A stretch of 64,000 bases of DNA from the NCBI GenBank assembly GCA_964016885.1, contig OZ024744.1, forward strand, positions 126,728,001 through 126,792,000, written 5' to 3'. Each line of letters begins with the position of its first letter. The first letter of the stretch is position 1. This document shows, one piece after another, positions 1 to 64,000 of the stretch. The translations under genes and the position numbers were made by a program. The notes beneath the pieces are model-generated. The model saw only the letters and a program-made list of their open reading frames with translations. It was not told the DNA's origin and did not search any database. The stretch is from Eledone cirrhosa. Taxonomy: Eukaryota.

Positions 1-794
1 ATCATGGTTTTCGGGGGGTCTTTATAGCTCAGGTCCACGCGCTCCATCTTTTTTGTCATTGGAATAATGGGTGGTGGTCTGCTACATCACAAACTGGTGG
101 GACAGAGACGGCAAAACATAATAATTGTGTAGATATTCTTTGTCACAAATGAGTCTAGGGAGGATTCACTGGACCCTGATTGACACTCAGGGCATTCTAC
201 ATCACTCACGGGGACCATAACCTCACAGTTTTCCACAGTAACAGCAACGTCAATAGATGGGTGAAGGAATAGTACATACATACTAAATATCACACAACTT
301 GTCAGGTCACAGGTGAAAGTTGCATTCAGTGGTTCTGTTGATGAGGTCGGGAGTTCGTTACTTAACTAGTAATAAACCCAGCAATTGCTCAAGTTACGGA
401 GTTTGTATATCTCTGTCACAAACTATCATCAAACAGCAATGGAATGGTTGCTGCGCAGTCTGCAACAGGCGGAGTTTAGCGTCACAAGCAGAATATTCAA
501 TTAGTATATATGATTTCATTGCAAACATAACTCTCCCGAACTATATCAATATTTGTTTCAATACCCGAATTCAAATCAACAGACTTGAAAGCTGATTGCA
601 ATTATACAAACAAGCCTCAATTTTATAGCCATGTCAGTATAATGAACCCTTCATTCTTGCTCTTGTGTTGGCATGTGAACAGAACTGCAGACACTAATGT
701 TTCTAGGTATCACCCTTCATCAGTACAGCCTACTGTTCACCTGCCAAACTGTCAGAGCTAGTGAAAATATATGCTATTTTCAAAAATACACAGT

Positions 795-896
795 GACTGA
801 TCGGCCTGATTTGCATATTAGCAGACTGGTTGATCAGTCAAATCTGCATATTAGCAGATCCACTGATTAGCCAGATTTGCTTATCAGCAGACTGGT
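795..896. repeat. Three imperfect 33-bp tandem repeats; the first contains the octamer ATTTGCAT
   Basis: tgat at 798, 831 and 864; cores atttgcatattagcaga, atctgcatattagcaga and atttgcttatcagcaga. Confidence 0.8.
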
Positions 897-1492
897 TTAA
901 TATTCTCAATATATTTTCCAGGTGACCGTTCCACTGTATTCTCTTCTCAGTGCACCAATAATGACTAAAATACTTTTAAAACGTCTAATTTAAACATTAT
1001 ATATTAAGTTATTCAGTAATTTATTTAAGTTTTGAACCGTAAATTTCAAACAACTTAATTCAGGCAAGAATAACACATTTTTATATTAAAAACTCCCTAT
1101 CATAATCCAGGATAAATATTTTATTGACCTCTATAATTAGGGACGTTCAAAGGGGGGTAAAAGAAAGGGTTACTTATTATTTTCATCCTTACATATTCCA
1201 GTTAAGACTGCTGTAGAGAAATAGTATATCTGTTCTTCCGGACCAGTAGGAAACTGTACAATATTTGTGTCATAATAGCAGACACCTCACATATGACTAG
1301 CCACACTTTACTCCTTTCGGAAGTTTTACATGTGTGGAATAAGAAAGAATGACATTGACAGAACAAACCAAAGAAATGGTTCGAATTGATTAAAAAAACA
1401 ACTTATTCTACCATTTCCTCAAATTAACAACAAACTCTTCACAAAAAAACCTTCTAGTTTTCCTATTAATTTCTTCCGTATTTTTTTTCCAG

Positions 1493-62980
<61,488 letters not shown>

Positions 62981-63466
62981 GTAAGTTTTATTTCAAACAC
63001 ACTATCTATTAGTCTGTACAGAGAACTATGACACGTGTTTCAACATTAATGTGAAATCGAGATTACATTATATATTTGTAAACATGAAAGTCTACATATT
63101 GTGTATGCTGGAACTAATGAATAAAATCGTGTGTATATATATATATAAGTGAGGTTATGCTGGTGTTTTGCGTATGTTGATGTATACATATATGTATATT
63201 GGGTTGTATATAACATTATCGAGTAACTGTTCGTGTGCGTTTGTCCGTTGGTGGCTTTTGCAGTGTGTTTTGTGTAATGATGTGTTTGAGCACTGTGTGC
63301 GCGTGAGCGAGTGTGAGGTTCTGTGTGCACACTCCATATTCGTGTGTATGTAAAAATACATTTTAGGCATAACAATTGTCATCATGATTAAAGAAAACTT
63401 GGTAGTAAATGTAAGTTCACGAAGGTAAGAAGCCGTGATCCTGAATGTTTTCATTTATATAAATAC

Positions 63467-63500
<34 letters not shown>

Positions 63501-63928
63501 ATATAAATGGCAAGGACAGCGGGTGCATTGTACTTTTTTTATTACGTTATATATTTTTAAACATGGAAGTCTATATATTGTGTATGCTGGAACTGATCAA
63601 TAAAATAGTGTGTGTATATATATATAGAAGTGAAGTCATGTTGGTGTTTTGCGTATGTTGATGTATACACATATGTATATTGGGTTGTATTTAACATTAT
63701 CGAGTAACTGTTCGTGTGTGTTTGTCCGTTGGTTTGATGGCCTTTTGAGTGTGTGAGCTATGTGTGTGCGAGTGTGAGTGTGAGGTTCTCTGTGCACACT
63801 TTCTATGCGTATGCATGTAAGAATTAATTTTAGTTATTACCCCTGTCATCATGATTATAGAAAATTTGGTAGTAAATGTATATTTATGGAGCTAAGACGC
63901 CGTGATACTGAAAGTTTCATTTACACAA

Positions 63929-64000
<72 letters not shown>

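Noticed and set aside
1-595. Higher-GC stretch with ORFs 87-293 (-) and 320-595 (+)
   Set aside because: No recognisable motifs or clear splice-bounded exon; possibly decayed TE sequence, which cannot be assigned without a search.

Overview
This is AT-rich eukaryotic DNA, probably from an octopus or other coleoid cephalopod; that is inferred from a SINE resembling the abundant Octopus tRNA-derived family and from long (TA)n tracts. Nearly the whole window (~0.9-64 kb) is a tandem array of a ~1.4-1.5 kb unit, with 32 near-identical units at ~5.6-53.8 kb and older, rearranged units on both flanks. The ORF track is almost entirely spurious. Read for splice signals, each unit carries two short + strand exon-like segments, each with a pyrimidine tract-AG before it and GTAAGT after it: exon B (60 nt) and exon A (66 nt). 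Both are phase 1-1 and stop-free. I count 36 B copies and 42 A copies, 7 of the A copies with a broken splice site. Spliced, they would encode a 42-aa repeat ([42 protein letters not shown]), up to ~1,490 aa, and any skipping pattern stays in frame. The introns hold a 5'-truncated Penelope-like retroelement (RT + GIY-YIG, 319-bp inverted pseudo-LTR), a ~412-bp tandem element with a minimal type I hammerhead ribozyme, a non-autonomous Helitron, SINEs and a small TA-targeting insertion. No start or terminal exon is identifiable, and transcription is not demonstrated.
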